Origin: an uncultured Rhizobium sp.
GTDB taxonomy: Bacteria; Bacteroidota; Bacteroidia; NS11-12g; UBA955
Assembly: GCA_964592635.1 (NCBI GenBank)
Contig: CAZQFZ010000001.1
Coordinates: 10,974 to 74,973, forward strand
Direction: 5' to 3'
DNA length: 64,000 nt
The notes beneath the pieces were generated by a model that was given only the letters and a program-made list of their open reading frames with translations, was not told the DNA's origin and did no database searches. This document shows positions 28,924 through 40,100 of the stretch, in pieces. The position numbers were made by a program, and so were the translations under genes. Each line of letters starts with the position of its first letter. Positions within the stretch are counted from its first letter, which is position 1.

Positions 28924-31824
28924 TTAGAAGCTTAAGTTGATAGAAATACTGTAACTTTTCTCTTGAGGAGGGGTCAAATAGGTAATACTACCACTCATGT
29001 TTCGGTCCGTTGCGTTTTCAAAATCACGTGCAATTTCTGGATCCAATCCTGTAAAACGAGTCCAGGTCAAGATATTTGTAGCAACAAACATGATTTTTGC
29101 ATTATCCAACTTCCAACGTTGAACCAATGCTTTAGGTAAATTATAACCTAAAGATAGACTTCTTAAACGAGCATATGTTCCATCTTGCAACCACAAATCC
29201 GTATTGATCCAAGGTGTAGTTGCACCATGATTAAATGTACTTAAAGTCATTTTGGGATAAATTGCATCGTCGCCAGGTTTTTGCCATCTGTCAAGAACAC
29301 GAGGATCCATGTTCCAATCGGTAATTAAACTCATTTGACGTTTTAAGGATGACTCGTAAATGCTTCCCCCGATATTGAAATAAATATTGGCGTTCAATTC
29401 CCAATTTCTCCAATTAACGGTATTGTTCAAGTTACCAAAAGCGTCGGGCAAAATTCTTCCCACTGCCACACGGTTAGATGGATCCCATTTATCAGTAATG
29501 TTTCCATTGATGTCGTAATACATAGGCGCACCGGTTTCTTTGTTTACACCCGCATATCTCACCAAGAAGTTAGTTCCAACGGGTTGACCAACCACAACAC
29601 GAGTGTCGTTCGTACCACCACTGATTGCATCGGGTTGGTAAACTCCGATACTGGTAATTGCATTCCAGTTACGAGCAATGTTTAAGTTGGAGGTCCAACG
29701 GAATTTTTTTGTGCGGATATTGATTGTTTTCAAAGTGAATTCAATCCCTTCGTTTTCGATTTGACCTACGTTATCATAGAAACTTCCAAATCCAATGTGT
29801 GTAGGAATGGATACGTTCATAATAACGTCTTTGGTGGATTTTTTGTAATACGTCAATTCTGTGCTGATTCTACCTCTGAATAAAGTAGCTTCGATACCCG
29901 CATCAAAGTTGATGGTGCTTTCCCAACGTAAATTTGGATTCTCTAAACGAGCAGGAGCAAGCTGTGGATTGCCGTTGTACAAAGGTAGGTTTCCACTAGG
30001 AGTTACCGTGCCCCAACGCGCGTAGTTATCGAAGTTGGCATTACCCGATTTTCCGATTCCCGCACGCACCTTCATGAAGTTGATTGCTTTGAATTTCTTC
30101 ATGAATTTTTCTTCAGAAAGGATATACCCCATAGCCGCTGCTGGGAAAAAGCCGTAACGATTGTTGCTACCGAAGCGACTGCTTCCGTCCCATCTTGACG
30201 TCAACTGAATGTTAATCTTATTGTTGATATTGTAGTTTAAACGACCGAAAAAGCTTAAAAAAGCCCAATTATAAGGTGTATTGTATCGACTTAATAGTGC
30301 TGTATCGGGAATAGCCACTTGATCTACAGGTCCGGTTGCATCGAAATTCTCCACATATTTGGAATGAGTCAATGAATTTTGATATTCGTGACCCAACATC
30401 ACAGAAACGCTTTGATTTTTAGTGATTTCTTTATTCCAATTTGCAGTTACAAAGTAGTTGTAGTTTCTGGTCCATGCAGGGTACCATTTCGCATTTCCGT
30501 TTTGAGCATAGTTTTGATTGTAGTAACGTATCAATTTCGCAGGTTCATACAAATATTCGTTGTAATCCATATAATCCATACTACCACTTGCATTAATCGA
30601 CAAGTCTTTAGTAATTTCATAGCTAATACTTGCATTGTTAATGGTTCTAATTTCTTGACTTCTCCAGTTTTTCAGGTCACGAACTGTATGTAAACCAACT
30701 GGCGATAAGTAGCTTTTTGTTGCAGAATCATAAATAGGATCCAACGGATAAATGTTCAACATGGTACTCATTGCAGATCCCAAACCTCCTGCCCACGCAG
30801 CATCAACCCGGTAGTTTGTACCACGACTTAAGCTGTGCGAAAGTTGAATGTTCATACCTTTTATTGGGCGTAAATCAGCGTTTAAACGATGACTCAAACG
30901 TTCGTATTTGTTGCCTTTGATATATGAACCATTGTCATCAGAAGAAATAATGTATTTCAACGCGAAATTTTTGCCTGCGTAGTTCGCTCCGATATTGTAA
31001 TTTTGCTTGATTCCCACACCAATCATCTGACTTACCCAGTCGGTATTGGTATTTTGTACGTCTTCCCAGTTCAAACGCAATCCAATGCGATCGAGATTGG
31101 GTGTTCCCACATTACCGTCGTTGTACCAAGCTTCTTCGTATAGTTGCAACCATTCTTTGCCCGACAACATGGTGGGCATTTTAGTTGGAACAGCTGCTCC
31201 AAATCGGGTACTCACATCGAATTTTAATCCTTTTTTGCGAGCACGTTTGGTTGTGATTAAAACTACCCCATTTGATCCACGAGATCCATAAATACTCGTC
31301 GCGGCAGCGTCTTTCAAAATTTCAATGTTCTCAATGTCTTCAGGATTGATACTGGCCAAGGGGTTATTGTTGAATCCACCCCCATAGTTAAATCCATTGC
31401 TGCGATTCATGAAGTAATCTTGCGTAATTGGAATACCGTCAATTACATAAAGTGGATCACCGGCAGCAGAAATCGATGCAGCACCACGAATACGAATTAA
31501 AGAAGCCGAACCAGCCATACCTGAACCTACTGTAACTTGCACACCTGCAGCTTTACCCTGCAATGCCGCTTCGAAACTTTGAGTAGGTAATTCCGCTATC
31601 TCTTTTCCGCTTACAGAAGAAATAGATCCCACCACATTTCTTTTGGATTGACGTCCATAACCGATAATTACCACATCACCAATGCTTTCAACTTCATTGG
31701 GATTTACTGCGGTATCTTTTGCAAGAGAAACACCTTTGGATGTTTGAGCTTGCGATTGTGAAACCATCGTTATTCCTAATAACAATAGCCCCATTAATTT
31801 TCCATTCCGGTAAATTTTTCGCAT
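28924..31824 (-). CDS. SusC/RagA-family TonB-linked outer-membrane protein
   Basis: Plug start 'VVIIGYGRQSKRNVVGSISSVSGKEIAELP', 'TonB box'-like N-terminus, ~960-aa barrel. ATG at the 9th codon of the track ORF (MRKIYRNGKLMGLLLL…) is preferred over the track's TTG. Confidence 0.85.
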   Translation of the reverse strand: MRKIYRNGKLMGLLLLGITMVSQSQAQTSKGVSLAKDTAVNPNEVESIGDVVIIGYGRQSKRNVVGSISSVSGKEIAELPTQSFEAALQGKAAGVQVTVGSGMAGSASLIRIRGAASISAAGDPLYVIDGIPITQDYFMNRSNGFNYGGGFNNNPLASINPEDIENIEILKDAAATSIYGSRGSNGVVLITTKRARKKGLKFDVSTRFGAAVPTKMPTMLSGKEWLQLYEEAWYNDGNVGTPNLDRIGLRLNWEDVQNTNTDWVSQMIGVGIKQNYNIGANYAGKNFALKYIISSDDNGSYIKGNKYERLSHRLNADLRPIKGMNIQLSHSLSRGTNYRVDAAWAGGLGSAMSTMLNIYPLDPIYDSATKSYLSPVGLHTVRDLKNWRSQEIRTINNASISYEITKDLSINASGSMDYMDYNEYLYEPAKLIRYYNQNYAQNGNAKWYPAWTRNYNYFVTANWNKEITKNQSVSVMLGHEYQNSLTHSKYVENFDATGPVDQVAIPDTALLSRYNTPYNWAFLSFFGRLNYNINNKINIQLTSRWDGSSRFGSNNRYGFFPAAAMGYILSEEKFMKKFKAINFMKVRAGIGKSGNANFDNYARWGTVTPSGNLPLYNGNPQLAPARLENPNLRWESTINFDAGIEATLFRGRISTELTYYKKSTKDVIMNVSIPTHIGFGSFYDNVGQIENEGIEFTLKTINIRTKKFRWTSNLNIARNWNAITSIGVYQPDAISGGTNDTRVVVGQPVGTNFLVRYAGVNKETGAPMYYDINGNITDKWDPSNRVAVGRILPDAFGNLNNTVNWRNWELNANIYFNIGGSIYESSLKRQMSLITDWNMDPRVLDRWQKPGDDAIYPKMTLSTFNHGATTPWINTDLWLQDGTYARLRSLSLGYNLPKALVQRWKLDNAKIMFVATNILTWTRFTGLDPEIARDFENATDRNMSGSITYLTPPQEKSYSISINLSF

Positions 31825-31901
31825 AAATCGTTCAAATTTGACCGGCAATTTACCTAAAAACTAGTAAGTGTCAAAATTACATTTACTATTTTTTCAATGA
31901 T

Positions 31902-33281
31902 TTACATTTCTGAAACGATTCTTATAACAATTCTAAAGCCCAAAGTAGCGCTTTTATAATCACCGCGTTGGATTTTTACAGCCCAAGGATCCAAATAATG
32001 AAACTCATCATTCCAACTTCCGCCCTTAACCGCAAAATGGGTGTTCAATTCCTTTTCGGTATGAAGTAATCCTTCCAATTCAGATTCGGGGACGTGAATA
32101 TCGGGATTGATAATTAATCTCCCTTGTCGGGTGTACATCCATTGTTTAGCATCCAACAAATGTCCTTTAGCACGGGTGGATGTCCATTCTTCTACATTTC
32201 CTTGTAAATTAGAAATGGGGAAACTTCCGCTTTGAACTGTCATCATAAAAAAGACAGAATTGATATTATCCAACGACCGGTTAAAAGGATTGACGCGTTT
32301 CGAGTCTCTCAAATAAACCCCGCGCTGAGTGATTATATCTCCGCCATTGATTTCGGTTAATGTACTCAAAGTTACATTTAATGAAAAATAATCGGAACCT
32401 ACCCAGCTAATTAATTCTGGATTTTCCGTCACTTCATTATTTACATAATAACGTTGTTGAATACTGACGTTTTTTAATTGCTTTTTAGTAACTAAACCAC
32501 CGGATTTCATGGCCCAATAGGTTTGATTATAATTAACAGCTGCTGAAAATTCCGCCGCTGTAGGTAAATCCACCTGAATTCGATAACCCTTAGGTAAGTA
32601 TTGCTTAAATTGGCTGTTTAACTTAAACTCCAACCAATCCGTAAATTGCGTAGCTTGGAATTGACTGATTCCCACAACAGGATAACCGTGATAGGCAGGA
32701 TGTTGAAAGTAATAATTCACAAAAGGCTGGTTAAATGTGAGTTTTGACTCCCAAACGGTAGTATCTGGGTACAACGCCGATTTCTTCCAACCCATACTGT
32801 CGGATTTCCCCGATTTAAATGCTTGTCCTGCTGTAATATCATCCAAAAACTCCTTCCACATTAAATTAGTTACTTCTGTTTTAAACATGTAGTAGGGCGA
32901 TAGTGGGGCTAACTCTGCAACAGATCTAATGGAATCATACCCCCAATTGGAGTACACCAATAGTGTATCGGTTAATCCCAACGACTGGTTATTGGGCGAA
33001 TAACAATTGTGTTTATATGTTTTTTTGAAACCTACTTTTTCTCTAACTCCCAACAAAACATAATTTTTATTTAAATACTCAGTTAAAGGAGTTTTAGAAA
33101 AATCGCCTTCATTCGTTTTACTCAATTCGATTCCATATAATGGATAATCAAAATGACGGAAATAATATTTGGTGTGGTATTGTGGGGGGGGTATAAAAGT
33201 AGGTTTTTGCGCTGATGCTTTTTCTATTGTAAAGCAGAACACTATAATAATTATACCTAAAAGGATTTTATTTTTTAGCAT
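31902..33281 (-). CDS. FGE-sulfatase-fold (SUMF1/EgtB/PvdO family) secreted protein, GldJ/GldK/PorK-like
   Basis: 459 aa with signal peptide. 'YYMFKTEVTNLMWKEF' marks the FGE-domain start. C-terminal '…GGSWNDEFHYLDPWAVKIQRGDYKSATLGFRIV' is the FGE-domain end signature. Confidence 0.6.
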   Translation of the reverse strand: MLKNKILLGIIIIVFCFTIEKASAQKPTFIPPPQYHTKYYFRHFDYPLYGIELSKTNEGDFSKTPLTEYLNKNYVLLGVREKVGFKKTYKHNCYSPNNQSLGLTDTLLVYSNWGYDSIRSVAELAPLSPYYMFKTEVTNLMWKEFLDDITAGQAFKSGKSDSMGWKKSALYPDTTVWESKLTFNQPFVNYYFQHPAYHGYPVVGISQFQATQFTDWLEFKLNSQFKQYLPKGYRIQVDLPTAAEFSAAVNYNQTYWAMKSGGLVTKKQLKNVSIQQRYYVNNEVTENPELISWVGSDYFSLNVTLSTLTEINGGDIITQRGVYLRDSKRVNPFNRSLDNINSVFFMMTVQSGSFPISNLQGNVEEWTSTRAKGHLLDAKQWMYTRQGRLIINPDIHVPESELEGLLHTEKELNTHFAVKGGSWNDEFHYLDPWAVKIQRGDYKSATLGFRIVIRIVSEM

Positions 33282-33338
33282 AGTTTTTTTTGTTAAAAAA
33301 CATAATACGTGTATTAACGTAGTACATTTAAAATTATT

Positions 33339-35993
33339 TTACATCAACGCAGGATTCGAATAAACCCGCTTAGGTAATCTTAAATCTTGTAATAATCTAC
33401 TGACTGGACGCAATGTAAACACCCATTGCTTACCATATCCTGTTGGAACCCACATGAATTCGAGCTGCCAACAATGCAAATTTCGAATTACCGAGAACTG
33501 AGAACCTGCAATTTCGTTTAACCTGAAATTATATCCAGTTCTATAACTCACTTTCCAATTTTCGGTGATTGAAATGTCGCCAGAAACGGTGAATTCGTTA
33601 GCACTTATGCGGTTATTTGCATTTGAAACATCGCCATTGTAATTAAACATGTAGCCAAAATTCAAACTCCAAGGAATATTGAAGTCGTAATATCCCATCG
33701 GGTTGTTGCGAATATCATTCAACTCCGCTTCTTCTTCGTTGTATTTTTTTTGGGGGACCCTATTGCCAATGCCACCTTTTTTGTCTTTGGTAAAATCATC
33801 TGCACTCAAGGTGGTGTTAATATTGACACCTGCCGATTTAAAACGCAATAAATTTCCTCCCTTTTCAAAATTAAACGTATTTAGAGTAACTCCATTTGTT
33901 GTTCTATAATACGGACTAAAATTTGCGTTCGAGTTAATTCTTAATTTCTTGAATAAAACGGTATTAAAAGATCCCCTAAAATCACTCCATTTCAAACTAT
34001 CTGCAAACATGTTGTAGTTGGTTGATAGTTGTATTTGATCGATAATATTAAACTTTTCAGTTTTCTTACCAGTAGTATCGCCTTCAACCAATCTTTTCCC
34101 TTGAAAGTTGTTATTCATAGAAAAATTAATAGATCCATTTGCAAATTGATTTAAATTTCCTACTACACTTTTTTCAAATAAACTGTAAGATTTAACTCTG
34201 TTCAATGTGTCGCGATAATAATTACTCCAACCTTTTTTGAAAGGATCTATTTCGGGGGCATAAGTAAAACCAATGCTGGGTGTAATCGTATGTCGAATGG
34301 CTCGAATATTTGCCAATTTTAAATTGTTAAAAGTTCCGTATATGTTTGTCTTTAGACTAGTAGATACATTGTAACCATACTGACGAAAAAAGCCTTGAGT
34401 ATCTCGGTAAACTACTTTATTTGTTTGGGTGTCAATGGTTTGAATCTGACCTTTAAAATGCCAATTTTCTTGGTAATTGAACGACGGTGATAAATTTAAT
34501 ATTCCTTTAAAAAGTTTTATATTTGTGGTAACAGGAATGCTGTGTTTTAATCCGGAATTAATGGAATTGAATGCTTCTGTATATCGATCCGAAAATATGA
34601 TGGTGTCTTTAGTTAAGATTTGATTGGCAATATTACCGCTATAACTCAAACGCAATTGCTGATACCATTTGTTGTTGCTGCCGGTTTTTCGTGCAAAAGG
34701 TGTTAATGAAGAAACCCCGATATTTACCGAAGGTAAGTCCAATTTGAAATCTCCATTTTGCGTGTTTTGTGAATGACGAGCAGCAGCAGAAAGATTTAGC
34801 TTGTTTTTAAAAAGTTGTTTGCTTATGTTGATGCTCGATGTGAACTGGTTGTTAGATAAGTTGTTAATGTCGCGGCTGTTTCGGCGGTTGAAGCCTTTTG
34901 TTACGATATTAATATTACCGCCAAATGTAAATCCTGGGAAAACTTTGGGGTCCAAATTGAATTGCGATTTTACACTGAAATCCCGATTTCGATCAAAAGC
35001 AGGAGATGTTTCCTCGGCTCCGTTTGAGAATTGACTGTATTGAAGAGCCAAATTTCCTCTAAATCGGTAACGTTTAAAGTACTGCGTTTGCATTCCTAGT
35101 CGAAAATCTCCATTTAAATAAGCATCAGAATTTAGTTGGACATCGGCGTTGGGTCCTAACCCCATATAATATCCAAAATTTTGCAGGTAAAATCCGCTGT
35201 TTATACCATTGAAACCCAACGAAGGGAAAATAATGCCGTCGCGTTGTCCTTTACGAAGTGGTGCAAGCCCAAAAGGCAATGCTATAGGGGTAGGAATTTC
35301 GGCGAAAACCAAGTTAGATAGTCCGAATAGTGCTTTATTATTAGGTATAACTTTAACTTTTGATGCGTTCAAATAAAAATGAGGATGATCGGCATCGCAG
35401 GTAGTAATTTTACCATGAACTCCGGTAAAAGAGCCGTCATTTTGTTTCAATACAGTACCTAAATGAATGTGGGCTTGGTCTTGAACCAAACGCAGTCCAT
35501 AGACTTTGCCTTTTTTCGATTCGCTGTTGTAGCGCATGGAATCGGCCGTGTATTTTTCTTTATTATCAACCAAAATGGGTTTATTCGTGTACCTGCCTGA
35601 ACTATCAATTTGTCCTTTTGCAAATAGCTCTTTGTTGGTTAAATTAACATCAATATAGTAGGCTTCCAACTCAGTTTGAGCCGATTTTAGCTGAGCATCA
35701 CGGTACAAGCGAACTTTTTTGGAATTAAAATCGAGCACCATGGAATCCTTAGAATTGAAGATTACAATATCGTTGAAGTCGTTTTTCTTTTTGGGGGATG
35801 TTTTGACCGGCGACGTATCCTGGGGATTCTGAGGTAATGAATCCATGCAATTGGATATCGATCTAAAACTGTTTGATTTTTTAGACAAAGCAATTGCATC
35901 CCCCGAAAACAAGGGAACAAAGCCCATAGAATAACTGAAAATCAGGGCAATCCACACGATACTATATATATGTATTGGTTTACGAATTAGCAT
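33339..35993 (-). CDS. LptD/OstA-like outer-membrane LPS-assembly protein (Bacteroidota type)
   Basis: 884 aa. N-terminal OstA-like region (…VRLYRDAQLKSAQTELEAYYIDVNLTNKELFAKGQ…GKPILVDNKEKYTADSMRYNSESKKGKV…) followed by a large beta-barrel. Divergent from the amidase gene, as in many Bacteroidota. Confidence 0.55.
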   Translation of the reverse strand: MLIRKPIHIYSIVWIALIFSYSMGFVPLFSGDAIALSKKSNSFRSISNCMDSLPQNPQDTSPVKTSPKKKNDFNDIVIFNSKDSMVLDFNSKKVRLYRDAQLKSAQTELEAYYIDVNLTNKELFAKGQIDSSGRYTNKPILVDNKEKYTADSMRYNSESKKGKVYGLRLVQDQAHIHLGTVLKQNDGSFTGVHGKITTCDADHPHFYLNASKVKVIPNNKALFGLSNLVFAEIPTPIALPFGLAPLRKGQRDGIIFPSLGFNGINSGFYLQNFGYYMGLGPNADVQLNSDAYLNGDFRLGMQTQYFKRYRFRGNLALQYSQFSNGAEETSPAFDRNRDFSVKSQFNLDPKVFPGFTFGGNINIVTKGFNRRNSRDINNLSNNQFTSSINISKQLFKNKLNLSAAARHSQNTQNGDFKLDLPSVNIGVSSLTPFARKTGSNNKWYQQLRLSYSGNIANQILTKDTIIFSDRYTEAFNSINSGLKHSIPVTTNIKLFKGILNLSPSFNYQENWHFKGQIQTIDTQTNKVVYRDTQGFFRQYGYNVSTSLKTNIYGTFNNLKLANIRAIRHTITPSIGFTYAPEIDPFKKGWSNYYRDTLNRVKSYSLFEKSVVGNLNQFANGSINFSMNNNFQGKRLVEGDTTGKKTEKFNIIDQIQLSTNYNMFADSLKWSDFRGSFNTVLFKKLRINSNANFSPYYRTTNGVTLNTFNFEKGGNLLRFKSAGVNINTTLSADDFTKDKKGGIGNRVPQKKYNEEEAELNDIRNNPMGYYDFNIPWSLNFGYMFNYNGDVSNANNRISANEFTVSGDISITENWKVSYRTGYNFRLNEIAGSQFSVIRNLHCWQLEFMWVPTGYGKQWVFTLRPVSRLLQDLRLPKRVYSNPALM

Positions 35994-36046
35994 AATTGGA
36001 TTTGCGATACGAAATTCGGCAAGAATTTTGCTGAAGTTGGGGAAAT

Positions 36047-36913
36047 ATGAAAGAAACGAAAATTGGGTTGAAACATTTTATTGGTTCATGTAGAAAAATG
36101 AGCCAGCGATTTTTAATCATTGGTTTCCCATTTTTTGCTACTGCAATATTAATGCTATTTCTGCCGTCTGCCAAAAAGCCACTTCGGAAAGTCGATCAGG
36201 TTAAAACCATTGTTTTAGATGCAGGACACGGGGGATCCGATCCAGGTTGTAACGGTGCTGGTGAAATTTGGGAAAAGCAAGTAACTCTCGGTGTAGTTTT
36301 GAAATTAGGGAAATTGATTTCCGACAGTATGGCGGATGTTCGAGTGATCTATACACGTACCACAGACAAGGCACTAAAATTGTGGGAACGTCCGAATATT
36401 GCCAACCGAAATGAAGCCGATTTGTTTATTTCAGTGCATTGCAACGCCAACGATAATACTGCTGCCGAAGGTAGTGAAACCTATTTTATGGGATTGCATA
36501 AAAACAAGGGGAATTTAGATGTAGCAAAACGTGAGAATTCAGCCATTGTTTACGAATCTGATTATAAAAATAACGATCGTTATGGAGGATTTGACCCGAA
36601 TTCGCCTGAGGGGCACATTATTTTCTCGTTGGTTCAAAACGCTTTTTTGAATCAGGCTTTGCGATTATCTACCTACGTAGAAGAGGAAACGGCTAAAATC
36701 AGCGATATTCGGAGTAGGGGAGTGAAACAGGCTGGATTTTTGGTTTTATGGCAAACTTCTATGCCTTCTATATTGATCGAGACGGGTTTTTTGACCAATT
36801 CCGAAAATCGGAAGTATTTAAAGACAGCCGAAGGGCAACAGGTGGTGGCAATGGGGATTTTCAAAGCCATTAAACGTTACAAACAACACGTAGAAATCCG
36901 CAAGCCGAAGTAA
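36047..36913 (+). CDS. N-acetylmuramoyl-L-alanine amidase (Amidase_3 family)
   Basis: 'IVLDAGHGGSDPGCNGAGEIWEKQVTLGVVLKLG' and '…FISVHCNA…' are Amidase_3 zinc-site motifs. Confidence 0.8.
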   Translation: MKETKIGLKHFIGSCRKMSQRFLIIGFPFFATAILMLFLPSAKKPLRKVDQVKTIVLDAGHGGSDPGCNGAGEIWEKQVTLGVVLKLGKLISDSMADVRVIYTRTTDKALKLWERPNIANRNEADLFISVHCNANDNTAAEGSETYFMGLHKNKGNLDVAKRENSAIVYESDYKNNDRYGGFDPNSPEGHIIFSLVQNAFLNQALRLSTYVEEETAKISDIRSRGVKQAGFLVLWQTSMPSILIETGFLTNSENRKYLKTAEGQQVVAMGIFKAIKRYKQHVEIRKPK

Positions 36914-37163
36914 TGTTTTAGTGATCTGATACGCAATTCGATGAACGATTGAATTGAATCGGCAAGTGGCGAAAGAAATTCGCTTTATATGTCATGAAAA
37001 TGTAAATAAAAAAGCGAATATAAATGTAAATAATTAATAATCAATTGTTTGTATTAGAAACGGAGATTAAGTACTAATATTTTTTTAGTTCGATATTAAA
37101 AAGAATTGCAACCTTTTTTGTTTCTTGCGTCTCAAAGAAAAACTTAATACAAAAGGTATATCT

Positions 37164-40100
37164 ATGAAATCAACAATTACTATGTTTAAAAAAGCGCTGG
37201 TTTTTGGTGCGATGGTCTTGGGAGCATTCTCGGGAAGTCGCCTAGAAGCTCAGACTCCGTGCTCGGGTACGTTCGCTTACGGCTGTGGTGGCTTGTACGG
37301 CTACTGCGGTGACCTAGATGCGGTAACAATCAAAAACAAGGCGGGTGCTGTTTTGGCGTCCTACAGTAGTTTGAAGTGCAGTAGCAATTCAACTTACTTA
37401 GGGGTTTTAAATCAGGGATCTGCTATTGATCTAACCGCTGGTGAGGAAATCACTATTGAAATTACTGGTACAGAATGGTCTGGTTACTACACACGTCCAG
37501 GTGTATGGATGGATGTTAGTTTGAACTCACAGTTCGAAGCTGCTGAATGTGTAGTAGATCCAAGTGCTAACGTAATTGGAGCTTCAGTAAACAAGTACGA
37601 CGTAAAAGTACCTTGTTTCACAAAAGCAGGTAAAAGCCACATGCGTTTCCGCGGTGCAATGACTGCTTATTCTTTGACTAAAAACCAAGGATGTGGATCA
37701 ATTGCTGGATACGGTAACGTGTTTGATTTGGAAGTAAACTACAAACTTGGCCCAACACCTGTTGCTAACTTCATCGTTCCAACTGGTCCAAACTGGGAAG
37801 GTTCTCCTGTAGTATTCCCTGCATCAAGTCCTAATCCAGGCGCATCTTACAAATGGACATTTGACAAAGCTGCTGCGGTTATCGCTGGTACAGGTACAAA
37901 AGGTTCTGCTCGTTGGACATCTGCTGGTAAGTACGATGTAAAAATGGTTGTTGACTACTGCGGTATCAAAGACTCAACTACTAAAATCGTAACTATTACT
38001 GCTCCTACGGTTGTTCCTGTTGCCGATTTCATCGCTGATAACAACGAAGTGGAATTGGGTTATGAGGTTCAATTATTTGATTTGAGTACAAACGGTCCTA
38101 CTTCTTGGGCTTGGGAAATTTACTCTCCAACCGGTATCGGTGATGATGTTTCTACTGCACAAAACCCTAAGTTCTACATGAACGAAGCGGGCTGGCATAA
38201 AGTATGTTTGACCTCTACAAATGGTGTAGGTTCTTCTAAAACGGTTTGTAAAGATCGTTATGTAGAGTGTTTGCCAACTTTGGATAATTACATGGGTCCT
38301 CAAAAAGAGGCTACTACTCGTTTCGGACGTTTGTTTGACCACAACGGCCCTTCCGGTGATTATGCAAACAACAGAAAAACATCTATCGACTATTTCCAAA
38401 TTTTACCTTGTGGTGCTCAAGAAATCAGATTGAAATTTGCTGATCTTTCTTTGGCCGATGATGGTGATATTTTGACTATCTACGATTTTGATCAAGAAGA
38501 TCCAAACAAAGTGGTTGCTAAAATCAACAAGAGCAATCAAATTATGTATGATACTGCTGTATTGAAATTAAAATCAGGTGCTGCGTTTATCACGTTCCAA
38601 TCTAACGGTTCTGGTGTTTCTCGTGGTTTCATCATCAATTGGGATTCTGATTTGGAAACTCCTACTTTGCCAGATGCAAACTTCGATATCGAATACAACC
38701 CAATTGGTAATGGTGCTGCTGCTAACTTCTTTAACAAAACAGCCAATACCAAAGGTGTTCCAAATTACTTCTGGGAAATCTCTGATAACCAAGGTAACGT
38801 AACCAATAATTTCTACACTGAAAATGCAACTGAGAAATTCTATACGGACGGTACTTACAAAGTGTGTATGGTTGCACAAACTTGTACTGGTTTTGATACT
38901 GCTTGTAAGAATATCACAGTTTACACTCCAACTAAAGCTGAGTTCGTAGATTTCAAAGCGGATAACTTACGTCCAACAATCGGTCAAGCGGTGAAGTTCA
39001 CTACTACTACTGATTACGCTGATGTATTCGAGTGGAGCATTTTCCCAACTACATTCAAATATGTAAACGGAACAACTTCTAAGAGCCAAAACCCACAAAT
39101 TGAGTTCACAGCGGGTGGTGCTTATACATTTACATTGTCTGCATACAACGGTACAGCTGGTCGTACAACAACAGAGAAGAAAGTAATCAAAGCGAAATAT
39201 GTAATTTGCCTTGACTATTGCATTCCTTTGACAAACATGACTTCTAAAGACGTAGCAATTGCAAAAGTTGCTGTAGTTGATAAGAACAACAAATTCTTAG
39301 TAAATAGCGAAACTGAAACAGGTGTTTCTTACAGTTCATTCACTGATGGCCGTCCTATGAACATGACATTTGGTGCAACTTACAGCATCAGTGTTGCTCG
39401 TAAAACAAGCTCAAATGAAGTAAACTATAAAGCATGGATCGATTGGAATATCGATGGTGACTTTGACGATGCAGGTGAAGAGGTTATGTCAACAGGTGCA
39501 ATGAAAGGTTTGATTGCAAACGGTTCATTCACTGTTCCTGAAATTGCAAAATCATTTGAAGGTGTAACAAGAATGCGTGTAGGTGCTTCTTACGGTTCAT
39601 TCTCTAACAGTCCTTGTGGTGTAAACCAAGTAGGTGAATTTGAAGATTACGCAATTTTATTGGCAAACGATAATACCGCTCCTGTGATTACATTGGTTGG
39701 TTCTGATACTGTGCGTGTTGAAAGAGGTTCTTCTGCTAGCTCTTGCTACCAAGAAGTTGCTTCTCAAACATACAAAGCTTCAGATGCAACAGAAGGCGAT
39801 TTGACCAATAAAGTGGTTATCACTTCTGATTTGGATTGTTCAGTAGCGGGTGTTTACAGTATGGAATTCAACTTAGTTGATGCATCTGGTAACAAAGCAA
39901 CTCCTAAAACTCGTACTATCATCGTAGTTTTGGATAGAACAGGTCCAGTTTTGACCTTACAAGGAAAAGACACTGTAACTATCGAACAGTGTGGAACATT
40001 CACCGATCCAGGTGCAGTTGCAAACGACGCAGTTGATGGTGATTTGACCTCTGCAATTAAAGTAAACGGTTCCGTTGATCCTAGCGCTACTGGTGATTAC

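Noticed and set aside
31825-31848. TTG-initiated N-terminal extension of susC
   Set aside because: The in-frame ATG 8 codons downstream yields a conventional signal peptide. The extension would overlap the promoter region.
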